Origin: Anaerolineales bacterium
GTDB taxonomy: Bacteria; Chloroflexota; Anaerolineae; Anaerolineales; Villigracilaceae
Assembly: GCA_044222305.1 (NCBI GenBank)
Contig: JBGANO010000015.1
Location: forward strand, 15,307 to 32,000
Length of the DNA: 16,694 nt
Reading direction: 5' to 3'
The translations under genes and the position numbers were made by a program. The notes below the pieces were generated by a model. The model had not been told where the DNA came from and ran no database searches. It was given only the letters and a program-made list of their open reading frames with translations. Positions 1 through 7,027 of this stretch are shown piece by piece. Position 1 is the first letter of the stretch. Each line of letters opens with the position of its first letter.

Positions 1-2
1 CC

Positions 3-365
3 ATGGATTTCTTTTTTTCCGAAGATAACTTAAAACGCATGACGCCTGTGGAGACGCGGATCACGTCGCTGACGGCGGAGCCGTACCCGGATGGGTATCG
101 TTTGCGCGTCAACCTCGAAGTCACGCCGTTTCAAAAACGCCCGCACATCGAAGTCGTGTTGAAAGATGCGAACGGCGCCGACGTTGCCTCCACGAGCATC
201 GTCGAGCCGATGGGATGGAAACTCGAATTCACCATGCACATCCGCGATGAGGAGTTGAAGAATCCGTACACGCTGGAGGCGAAGTTGCATTATCCCGACG
301 GTCCCGCGCAGGAACCGGTAACATTTTCCTTCGACGTGAAACCACCTCAGTCCGATTCTGGTTAA
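3..365 (+). CDS. hypothetical protein, 120 aa (could be 5'-truncated by the window edge)
   Basis: ATG at 3 and TAA at 363-365. Composition resembles the neighbouring genes, and the next gene starts 12 nt downstream. I recognise no motif. The overlapping antisense ORFs 30..290 and 229..462 are judged spurious. Confidence 0.5.
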   Translation: MDFFFSEDNLKRMTPVETRITSLTAEPYPDGYRLRVNLEVTPFQKRPHIEVVLKDANGADVASTSIVEPMGWKLEFTMHIRDEELKNPYTLEAKLHYPDGPAQEPVTFSFDVKPPQSDSG

Positions 366-377
366 TCAACAATTTCA

Positions 378-2228
378 ATGCGTAAAAACTCCACCCGATT
401 AATTTTCCTTTTTCCCCTGCTCCTGCTTCTTTCGTCGTGCCTGCAACCCATCGCGGATACATCCACGCCGCAGGCGATACCGCAACTCGCCTCCACGGCA
501 GATTCTGCGCCGGCGATTCCTGCCGGGGCGCGGGAGGTGATCGTCTTTTCGATCGAGGAAGACGGCTACGCCCATCTCTTTGCCTACATCCCGAACCAGA
601 TGCCGCTCACGCGATTGACCGGCGACAAGTGGGACGACATCACCCCCGCCATCAGCCCGGATGGAAAGCGGATCGCGTTCGCGTCCAACCGCAGTGGAAA
701 CTGGGACCTCTACCTCTTCGAAGCCTCCAGCGGGGAGGTGACCCGCCTCACCGACACCCCCGAATATGAAGGCGCGCCAACCTGGTCGCCGGACGGTTCG
801 TTTCTCGCTTTCGAGGCATACCTCGAAGATAGCCTTGAGGTTGTCATTGGTCCTGCAGAGAATCCGAGGGAGGGCGCGATCTTGTTGACCTCCTCCGCAA
901 CCGCAGACCATTCGCCGGCATGGTCGCCGGGCGGGCGTCAGATCGTGTTTGTGTCGGATGGCGAGATCATCCTCGCCGATCTGGATAAAACAGACGACAC
1001 GCGCTACGCCAACCTGAGCAACACCACAGACGCGGCGGAATCGCACCCGCTGTGGTCGCAGGATGGGACGCGGCTGATGTGGGCGGCATCCAGCCAGAAT
1101 GTGGGGCGAAGCGGAATTTACATCTGGGATTCAACGCGCAACGCGCCCGCCGTCTGGGTTGCCGATGGCGATTATCCCGCATGGAATCCGTCTGGGGATG
1201 GTTTCATCACCACGTTTAACACGCCGAACGAAACCTATCTGGCGAACTATTCATTGGATGGAAACTTGCTGGAACCTCTGACGACATTCCCCGGCGCGCT
1301 ACGCGGCTTCGACTGGGCAAACCTTATTTTGGCAGAGCCTCTGCCGGCGATCGTTCAACAAAACGCGCAAATTACCCCGTCCCCGCTGTGGGTATCGAAC
1401 ATTGCCTCGTCATCCGAAGGCGCGGGACGCGATTCGCTCATGAGTTTGGATAACGTGCAGGCGCCGTATCCGCAACTGAGCGACCGGGTGGATGAGGCGT
1501 TCAATGGCTTGCGCAATCGCGTGATCCTTGAATCGGGTTGGGACGCGCTCGCCAGCCTCGAGAACGCGTATGTTCCGATCACCACTTCGCTCGACCCGGG
1601 TTTTGAGGAATCGTGGCTGTATACCGGGCGGGCGTTCGCGATCAATTCGTTGATGACCAACGCCGGCTGGATGGTTGCTGTGCGCGAAGATTTCGGCGCG
1701 CAAACGTATTGGCGGTTATACATCCGCGCACAGGCGCAGGATGGTTCGCTCGGCGAGCCGCTCCATTCGAATCCGTGGGACCTCTCGGCGCGTTATAACC
1801 TCGACCCGAAAGTATACGAACAAGGCGGCAAATATAGCGCCGTGCCTGCGGGGTATTGGGTGGATGTGACCTCGCTCGCCCTCCAATATGGCTGGGAACG
1901 CGTCCCGGCGCTCCCCAACTGGCGGACGTTTTATCGCGGGGCGCGCTTCACCGAATTCGCGCTGACCGATGGGCTTGATTTTTATGCGGCGCTTCTGCAA
2001 CTGTATCCGCCGGATGTGTTGCTCACGCCAACGCGCCTGCTCCCGCCCACGTTCACGCCGACCGTCACCTCCACGTATACGCCGACCATCACGCTGACGC
2101 GCACACCGCGCATCACGTTGACGGCATCGTTAACGCCGACGATCACCCGAACGATTGCGCCAACGCTAACGCCAATACCGACGAATACTACGATTCCAAC
2201 GGTCACGCCGCCGACGATCATTCCATGA
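378..2228 (+). CDS. TolB-like PD40 (WD40-like beta-propeller) repeat lipoprotein with an uncharacterised C-terminal domain and a Thr/Pro-rich tail
   Basis: The N-terminus MRKNSTRLIFLFPLLLLLSSC is a lipoprotein-type signal with an LSSC lipobox. PD40-like repeats recur: ISPDGKRIAFASNRSGNWDLYLF, PTWSPDGSFLAFEA, PAWSPGGRQIVFVS, PLWSQDGTRLMW. The region from about aa 340-545 matches no family I can name. The last 67 aa are TPT/TxT low-complexity sequence. Confidence 0.8.
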   Translation: MRKNSTRLIFLFPLLLLLSSCLQPIADTSTPQAIPQLASTADSAPAIPAGAREVIVFSIEEDGYAHLFAYIPNQMPLTRLTGDKWDDITPAISPDGKRIAFASNRSGNWDLYLFEASSGEVTRLTDTPEYEGAPTWSPDGSFLAFEAYLEDSLEVVIGPAENPREGAILLTSSATADHSPAWSPGGRQIVFVSDGEIILADLDKTDDTRYANLSNTTDAAESHPLWSQDGTRLMWAASSQNVGRSGIYIWDSTRNAPAVWVADGDYPAWNPSGDGFITTFNTPNETYLANYSLDGNLLEPLTTFPGALRGFDWANLILAEPLPAIVQQNAQITPSPLWVSNIASSSEGAGRDSLMSLDNVQAPYPQLSDRVDEAFNGLRNRVILESGWDALASLENAYVPITTSLDPGFEESWLYTGRAFAINSLMTNAGWMVAVREDFGAQTYWRLYIRAQAQDGSLGEPLHSNPWDLSARYNLDPKVYEQGGKYSAVPAGYWVDVTSLALQYGWERVPALPNWRTFYRGARFTEFALTDGLDFYAALLQLYPPDVLLTPTRLLPPTFTPTVTSTYTPTITLTRTPRITLTASLTPTITRTIAPTLTPIPTNTTIPTVTPPTIIP

Positions 2229-2343
2229 GGAAGATTTTGAATTTGGAGTGCTTAAGGCGGCTCCTGTTTTGCTCCACACGCTGGAAGAGCAAGAGGTTGG
2301 ATTTTAAGGCTCTACTGTTTTTAACGGGAGCCCGTTTTTCAAA

Positions 2344-2426
2344 CACAAAGGACACGACGGTCACAAAGGAAAAACAGAAGGAATTTGGACTCTTTTTCCC
2401 CTTTGTGTACTTTGTGTCCTTCGTGG
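2344..2426. repeat. Inverted-repeat element, copy A: 3 x CACRAAGG-type units, spacer, 3 x CCTTYGTG-type units
   Basis: The left arm is cacaaagg-a-cacgacgg-t-cacaaagg (2344-2369). The right arm is cctttgtg-tactttgtg-tccttcgtg (2400-2425). The arms are imperfect reverse complements, and the roughly 30-nt spacer holds another acagaagg unit plus a T-run. The architecture matches 8571-8696. It sits in a visibly AT-richer stretch (2229-2474) between two + strand genes. Confidence 0.6.
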
Positions 2427-3523
2427 TTAGGCTCTTTCCCGTTAATTTCGGAAAACCCGATTTTATTTTCGGTTTGGTGATTCTGTGTTTGCTCACCTCT
2501 TGCGTTCCCGCAATGTCGGCAAGCGCGAACCCAACTCCAACGGCGGTGATCGCCGGGGAGGCGGATCAAATCCCAAGTGAGCCCGAGGCGACGCCGCGCC
2601 CGACCATTGAGCCGTTTCGATTCATCCTGCCGACGCCCGGCGCGGAACCGGTCTCAGGCTGGCGTCCGCCTCTGTACCCCATCCCCTGGGCTGTTTCACC
2701 CTATGATCATTTTTACTTCGCCCGCCCTATCGCGGCGGATAATGTCAACTGGCCCCTGGCAGAATATCGCTACGGAGGCGTGTTCTTCGCGCCGAACATC
2801 GTGCACACCGGTGTGGATATCGACGCGGCGGAGGGCGCGCCCATCCTTGCGGCGGGAGCCGGCACGGTTGTCTCTGCGGGCTGGGGCTTGTATACTGAGG
2901 TGCCCGGCAACGAATCGGACCCGTATGGTCTGGCGGTGGTGATCCGTCACGATTTTGGCTACAAGGGTCAATCCCTGTTTACGATTTACGCGCACATGAG
3001 CGCGATTACCGCCGTGGAGGGGCAACGAGTGGAAACCGGGGATGTGATTGGCTTGGTCGGAGACACCGGCGCGACCACGGGTCCCCATTTGCATTTTGAG
3101 ATCCGCTTGGGGAAAAACTCGTTCTACAACACGTTCAACCCGGAATTGTGGATGGCGCCGCCCCAGGGCTGGGGTGTGTTGGTGGGGCGCGTCACCGATG
3201 AAAAAGGCAAGTTGTTGAATCAATACTCTGTCGAGGTGCGCCCGTTGCCCTCCGAAGTGCCGTTGAGAAAAGTATTGACGTACGCGGAAGGCTCGGTCAA
3301 TGCCGACCCGTACTACCAGGAAAATTTGGTGTTGAGCGACCTGCCGGCTGGGATTTATAAAATCGTGATGGAATACATGGATAAGGATATGCAGTTCTTT
3401 GTGGAGATTTTCCCGGGGCAAGTGACGTACTTCACATTTACAGACAAAGATGGTTTCCAACTGACCCCGCCGCCCGTGCCGACGTTGGATTTTCTGCCCG
3501 GCACTGCGACGGTTGTGCCGTAA
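2423..3523 (+). CDS. Secreted M23 (LytM/lysostaphin-type) metallopeptidase with a C-terminal carboxypeptidase-regulatory-like beta-sandwich; start codon uncertain
   Basis: M23 catalytic motifs are present: HTGVDIDA (HxxxD), [23 protein letters not shown] (HxH). The C-terminal [18 protein letters not shown]...GIYKIV...[10 protein letters not shown] resembles a CarboxypepD_reg fold. The ORF track starts at ATG 2225 (an ATGA overlap with the upstream stop), but aa 1-70 of that ORF are the translated repeat element. GTG 2423 or TTG 2474/GTG 2477 keep the only plausible signal/lipobox segment ([14 protein letters not shown]). ATG 2513 would leave no signal peptide. The stop is TAA at 3521-3523. 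Confidence 0.8.
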   Translation: MVRLFPVNFGKPDFIFGLVILCLLTSCVPAMSASANPTPTAVIAGEADQIPSEPEATPRPTIEPFRFILPTPGAEPVSGWRPPLYPIPWAVSPYDHFYFARPIAADNVNWPLAEYRYGGVFFAPNIVHTGVDIDAAEGAPILAAGAGTVVSAGWGLYTEVPGNESDPYGLAVVIRHDFGYKGQSLFTIYAHMSAITAVEGQRVETGDVIGLVGDTGATTGPHLHFEIRLGKNSFYNTFNPELWMAPPQGWGVLVGRVTDEKGKLLNQYSVEVRPLPSEVPLRKVLTYAEGSVNADPYYQENLVLSDLPAGIYKIVMEYMDKDMQFFVEIFPGQVTYFTFTDKDGFQLTPPPVPTLDFLPGTATVVP

Positions 3524-3526
3524 CCT

Positions 3527-3548
3527 GAAACTTGGAAACTTGAAACTG
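3527..3548 (+). repeat. Three tandem copies of (G)GAAACTT just upstream of the recA -35 element
   Basis: The sequence gaaactt-g-gaaactt-gaaact-g is read directly at 3527-3548. It ends 10 nt before the TTGACG at 3559. Function is unknown; an UP-element-like or regulator site is possible. Confidence 0.45.
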
Positions 3549-3558
3549 ATAGTGACCC

Positions 3559-3586
3559 TTGACGGTCAGAACATCTGTGCTATACT
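3559..3586 (+). promoter_or_regulatory. Putative sigma70-type recA promoter: TTGACG, 16 nt spacer, extended -10 TGcTATACT
   Basis: TTGACG lies at 3559-3564 and TATACT at 3581-3586, preceded by TGc (extended -10). This is about 50 nt upstream of the recA ATG at 3636, with a GGAGAA ribosome-binding site at 3622-3627. Confidence 0.55.
3569..3580 (+). promoter_or_regulatory. Candidate LexA (Cheo-type GAAC-N4-GTTC) box with one mismatch, in the recA promoter spacer
   Basis: GAACatctGTGC differs from the Gram-positive-type consensus GAAC-N4-GTTC at one core position. It sits between the -35 and -10 of an SOS gene, where repression would be expected. Confidence 0.35.
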
Positions 3587-3635
3587 CTCGGCTACACATA
3601 ATTTAGACCCTTACACTGTATTGGAGAAACGAACC

Positions 3636-4748
3636 ATGTCCCCTCGAAAATCAAAAGCATCCGCCGCCGAAGAACAAGAACAACCCTCCCGCAACGTGGA
3701 TGGCGCCAAGCGCGCCGTGCTCGACAAAGCGCTCGGAGACATCCTCAAACGCTACGGCGACGGCTCCATCATCCGCCTCGGCGAAGCGCAACACATGCAG
3801 ACCGAGACCTTCCCCACCGGTTCGCTCTCCCTTGATATTGCCCTCGGCGTGGGCGGCATCCCGCGCGGGCGCGTGATCGAAATCTACGGACCTGAATCCT
3901 CCGGCAAGACCACCATTTGCCAGCACATCATCGCCGAAGTGCAAAAACTGGGCGGCACCGCCGCCTTCATCGACATGGAGCACGCCCTCGACCCGGTCTA
4001 CGCCGCGCGCGTGGGTGTGGATATTGATAACCTGCTCGTTTCACAACCCGATACCGGCGAACAAGCCCTCGAAATCACCGAAACCCTCGTCCGCTCCGGC
4101 GGCGTGGACATCGTTGTCGTCGACTCTGTCGCCGCGCTCGTGCCCCGCTCCGAAATCGAAGGCGACATGGGCGACGCCACCATGGGTGTGCAAGCAAGGC
4201 TCATGTCACAGGCTCTCCGCAAACTCTCCGGCGCCATCAACCAGACAAAGACCGCCGTCGTTTTCACCAACCAACTCCGCTCGAAAATCGGCGTGATGTT
4301 CGGCAACCCCGAAACCACCACAGGCGGCAACGCCCTCAAGTTTTACGCCTCTGTGCGCCTCGACGTGCGCCGCATCCAAGCCATCAAAGTCGGCGACGAA
4401 GTGATCGGCAACCGCACTCGCGTCAAAGTCGTCAAGAACAAGGTCGCGCCTCCGTTCCGCACCGCCGAATTCGACATCATGTTCAACGAAGGCATCTCAC
4501 GCTCGGGAGACATCCTCGACCTGGCGACCAAGTTCGAGATCGTCCAGAAGCGCGGCGCGTTCTTCTCCTATGGCGACCAGCGTCTCGGTCAGGGACGCGA
4601 AAACGCGAAGGATTTCCTCCGCTCCAATCCCGCGCTCATGGCTGAGATTGACGGCGTTGTCCGCCAGAAAGCGATGAGCGGCGAAATCGCCATGCCCATC
4701 GAAATCGGCGGAGGCGACGACGGTGGCGGCAGTTCGGACGAAGAATAA
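3636..4748 (+). CDS. recA: Recombinase RecA (370 aa)
   Basis: Diagnostic RecA sequence is present: [28 protein letters not shown] (Walker A), [85 protein letters not shown], and an acidic C-terminal tail. I chose ATG 3636 (with the GGAGAA site) over the ORF-track start at 3513, which would add 41 non-RecA residues that read through the promoter. Confidence 0.97.
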   Translation: MSPRKSKASAAEEQEQPSRNVDGAKRAVLDKALGDILKRYGDGSIIRLGEAQHMQTETFPTGSLSLDIALGVGGIPRGRVIEIYGPESSGKTTICQHIIAEVQKLGGTAAFIDMEHALDPVYAARVGVDIDNLLVSQPDTGEQALEITETLVRSGGVDIVVVDSVAALVPRSEIEGDMGDATMGVQARLMSQALRKLSGAINQTKTAVVFTNQLRSKIGVMFGNPETTTGGNALKFYASVRLDVRRIQAIKVGDEVIGNRTRVKVVKNKVAPPFRTAEFDIMFNEGISRSGDILDLATKFEIVQKRGAFFSYGDQRLGQGRENAKDFLRSNPALMAEIDGVVRQKAMSGEIAMPIEIGGGDDGGGSSDEE

Positions 4749-4760
4749 GACACGACTTGC

Positions 4761-4790
4761 AAGGGCGGACGGATGCGTCCGCCCTTTTTG
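4761..4790 (+). terminator. Rho-independent terminator of recA
   Basis: The stem is GGGCGGACG (4763-4771), a GATG loop, then CGTCCGCCC (4776-4784): a perfect 9-bp GC-rich stem. TTTTT follows at 4785-4789. It begins 13 nt after the recA stop. Confidence 0.85.
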
Positions 4791-4794
4791 ATTT

Positions 4795-5355
4795 ATGAAT
4801 CCCTCCCGCCTCTTTCGTGTCCTCAGTCTGATTCTCCTCCCCGGCATTTTCCTCGCCTCAGCCTGCTCGCCTGCGGATACGCCCACCCCGTTCGTCCCGC
4901 CAACATCCCAATCCCTGCTCATCGAACCCACTTTCATCATCAACCCCACACAAAACATAGTCACGATACAGTCCACGCCCTTGCCAACCATCGCGCCGAC
5001 ATTGGATGCGGAAACCTGCGTCAACGATCTCAACTACATCGAAGACTTGACCATCCCCGACAACTCCTTCGTCACCTACGGCGCAACCATCGACAAGCAA
5101 TGGCTTGTGCAAAACAGCGGCACCTGTGACTGGGACGCAGGCTATCGCTTCATCCACATCGGCGGCGCGGACCTGGGCGCGCAGAAGGAATTTTCGCTGT
5201 TCCCCGCCCGCGCTGGCGCGCAAGCCGTCATCCAAATCATCTTCACCGCGCCATTCACCGATGGCGAGTATGAATCCGCATGGCAGGCTTTCGACCCCGA
5301 TGGTCTCGCGTTTGGCGACCCGCTCTATATCCGTGTGAATGTTGTTTCACCGTAA
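4795..5355 (+). CDS. Lipoprotein with an NBR1-like Ig domain ('Ig-like domain from next to BRCA1 gene' family)
   Basis: The signal/lipobox is MNPSRLFRVLSLILLPGIFLASAC. The domain pattern DLTIPDNSFVTYGATIDKQWLVQNSGTCDWDAGYRFIHIGG...APFTDGEYESAWQAFDPDGLAFGDPLYIRVNV matches bacterial N_BRCA1_IG-type domains as I remember them (TIPDG...W.L.N.G...W..GY.L...G...G.Y...W.....G..FG..L.V.I.V). Confidence 0.7.
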   Translation: MNPSRLFRVLSLILLPGIFLASACSPADTPTPFVPPTSQSLLIEPTFIINPTQNIVTIQSTPLPTIAPTLDAETCVNDLNYIEDLTIPDNSFVTYGATIDKQWLVQNSGTCDWDAGYRFIHIGGADLGAQKEFSLFPARAGAQAVIQIIFTAPFTDGEYESAWQAFDPDGLAFGDPLYIRVNVVSP

Positions 5356-5363
5356 GAACAAAC

Positions 5364-5394
5364 GTTGCTTCAGCAGTTCAACTGCTGAAGCAAC
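5364..5394 (+). terminator. Perfect 13-bp stem-loop after the lipoprotein gene; terminator-like but without a U-tract
   Basis: GTTGCTTCAGCAG (5364-5376), a TTCAA loop, then CTGCTGAAGCAAC (5382-5394). The AGGAGA ribosome-binding site of the next gene follows directly at 5395-5400. Confidence 0.45.
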
Positions 5395-5406
5395 AGGAGA
5401 GAAATC

Positions 5407-5811
5407 ATGCCCGCGCGAACCGACTTCCCCATCGTCTTTGAACACCTAAAAAAGATCCTCAAACCCTACGCGCCCAAGCTCACCCTCAAAATGGATAATC
5501 AAAACGTGTTCTATCTCGACGGTCCGTACAGTGAGAAATGGAAGAAAAATCTATTCTTCGGTTCGGCGCAAGTGAAGAAGAATTACGTTTCCTTCTATCT
5601 CATGCCTGTTTACATGTATCCCGATCTATTGCAAGGCATCAGCCCCGCGTTGAAAAAACACATGCAGGGAAAATCCTGCTTCAACTTCAAACAGGTCGAG
5701 CCTGAAATATTCAAAGAGCTTGCCGCCCTAACGAAGAAGGGCTTCGAGCGATTTATGAAAGATGAAATTTCCTCTCGAATCGACGAGATGCCTGGCGCCG
5801 CTATTAAATAA
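5407..5811 (+). CDS. DUF1801 (YdhG-like) domain protein, 134 aa
   Basis: An AGGAGA ribosome-binding site lies 6 nt upstream of the ATG. The pattern FFGSAQVKKNYVSFYLMPVY...LKKHMQGKSCFNFKQVEPEIFKELAALTKKGFERF matches my memory of DUF1801-type proteins, which I have not verified by search. Its 3' end overlaps narI convergently by 8 nt. Confidence 0.55.
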   Translation: MPARTDFPIVFEHLKKILKPYAPKLTLKMDNQNVFYLDGPYSEKWKKNLFFGSAQVKKNYVSFYLMPVYMYPDLLQGISPALKKHMQGKSCFNFKQVEPEIFKELAALTKKGFERFMKDEISSRIDEMPGAAIK

Positions 5812-6478
5812 CCTTCCTGCGCGTCCAAATTACGAGCTGGACATTGCGCCATAAATAGGAGACTGGAACAGTTACGATGTGCACCAATCGGCTGAACGGC
5901 ATGAGCGCGAACAACAGAAAGCCGGTGAGGAAATGAACTTTGTGCGCCAGCGGCAGGGCGGTGACAAATTGCGGCGCGGGCTGGAACAAAGCCAGCGAGT
6001 CCATCCAGGGTGTGGCGGTATAAATAAACCACGCCGCGCCCCAACGATAGACGAAGGCAAGGATCAGCCCGAAGAAGACCTGCGCAAATAACAGACTCAA
6101 TATGACCCAGTCCACAGGCGATGTGATCGCGCGGATTTTGGAAGAAGTAAGCCGCCGATAGAGCAGGATGCCCGCGCCAACCAACGCCATGATGCCCAGA
6201 ATTTTCCCAGCCAGTTCAGAGACATACAGCAATTCAGGTGTTCCATGCGCCGCCGCCATGACTCTGGGGATGGTGAAACCCGCGATGTGAATGAGCGTGG
6301 TCGGCAGGATGCCGTAATGCCAGAGCGTGGAGCCCCAAAACTGCAAGTCGTTTTCGAGGAACTGCGACGACAAACTGGTGAACGAATATTGGTTGGTCAG
6401 GTAACGATAGATCGTCCCGACGATCCCGATGGCGAGCGCCACGTAGGGGAATACGACAAAGAGCAGAATGTCAGTCAT
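5804..6478 (-). CDS. narI: Respiratory nitrate reductase gamma subunit (dihaem cytochrome b membrane anchor)
   Basis: This is a 224-aa polytopic membrane protein with about 5 hydrophobic helices. It shows a NarI-like N-terminus (LLFVVFPYVALAIGIVGTIYRY) and conserved His in helices (WHYGI, VHFLTG, RLVHIV). It is the last gene after narGHJ, and its start overlaps the narJ stop by 8 nt. Confidence 0.9.
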   Translation of the reverse strand: MTDILLFVVFPYVALAIGIVGTIYRYLTNQYSFTSLSSQFLENDLQFWGSTLWHYGILPTTLIHIAGFTIPRVMAAAHGTPELLYVSELAGKILGIMALVGAGILLYRRLTSSKIRAITSPVDWVILSLLFAQVFFGLILAFVYRWGAAWFIYTATPWMDSLALFQPAPQFVTALPLAHKVHFLTGFLLFALMPFSRLVHIVTVPVSYLWRNVQLVIWTRRKVI

Positions 6479-7025
6479 GGATCACTTCCTTTTCAAGCGT
6501 GTTGACAGTAAACAGTTGAAGCGCGGAGAGAATCCCAAAATATGGATTCTCCGATCCCTCGCCGAAGACCTTGAGCATTTTTTCCAACGAGGGCAATACG
6601 CCGTCGCTGATCAAAGCCTGCGAAAACTCGCTGTAACGGTTTTCTGAATCAAATCCAATGAAGCGCAGGATCACCGCAAGATTGTCGGGTAATTCCTGTT
6701 CAGCCGAATAGCCGATGCCGTGATAGGCTTCATTCAATTGCGCCATGAACGCGCCGCGTTTGTAACTCTCGCCATACAGATGAAACCCAACGTAGGGATA
6801 ACACACAGGTTGCATATCAAAAGTTGTTGTGAACAACTCCTGCATTCGTTGCAGGGAGTTTCCTTCAACAGCGATGGCAAATTTCTCGAACACATCGGTC
6901 GCTTCGGGGTGAATGGACTTTATCAATTCCAAACATCGTTGAGTCTCTTCGCCAAAATCCGATGAGGGATATTCCAACAGCGCGGCGAACGAGTCAAATA
7001 GCGAGGCGGTTGAATCTTTGAACAT
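6471..7025 (-). CDS. narJ: Nitrate reductase molybdenum-cofactor assembly chaperone (NarJ/TorD family)
   Basis: Size and position between narH and narI fit NarJ, as does the acidic helical sequence with NarJ-like YPYVGFHLYGESYKRGAFMAQL. I chose ATG 7023-7025, which has AGAGG about 10 nt upstream. The ORF track's GTG at 7031 (a 4-nt overlap with the narH stop) is an alternative. Confidence 0.85.
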   Translation of the reverse strand: MFKDSTASLFDSFAALLEYPSSDFGEETQRCLELIKSIHPEATDVFEKFAIAVEGNSLQRMQELFTTTFDMQPVCYPYVGFHLYGESYKRGAFMAQLNEAYHGIGYSAEQELPDNLAVILRFIGFDSENRYSEFSQALISDGVLPSLEKMLKVFGEGSENPYFGILSALQLFTVNTLEKEVIHD

Positions 7026-7027
7026 GA

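Noticed and set aside
2025-2225. Periodic DNA repeats that might suggest a tandem repeat locus or CRISPR-like array.
   Set aside because: The units are short, degenerate and in-frame, encoding a Thr/Pro low-complexity tail. There are no spacer/repeat alternation and no cas genes.
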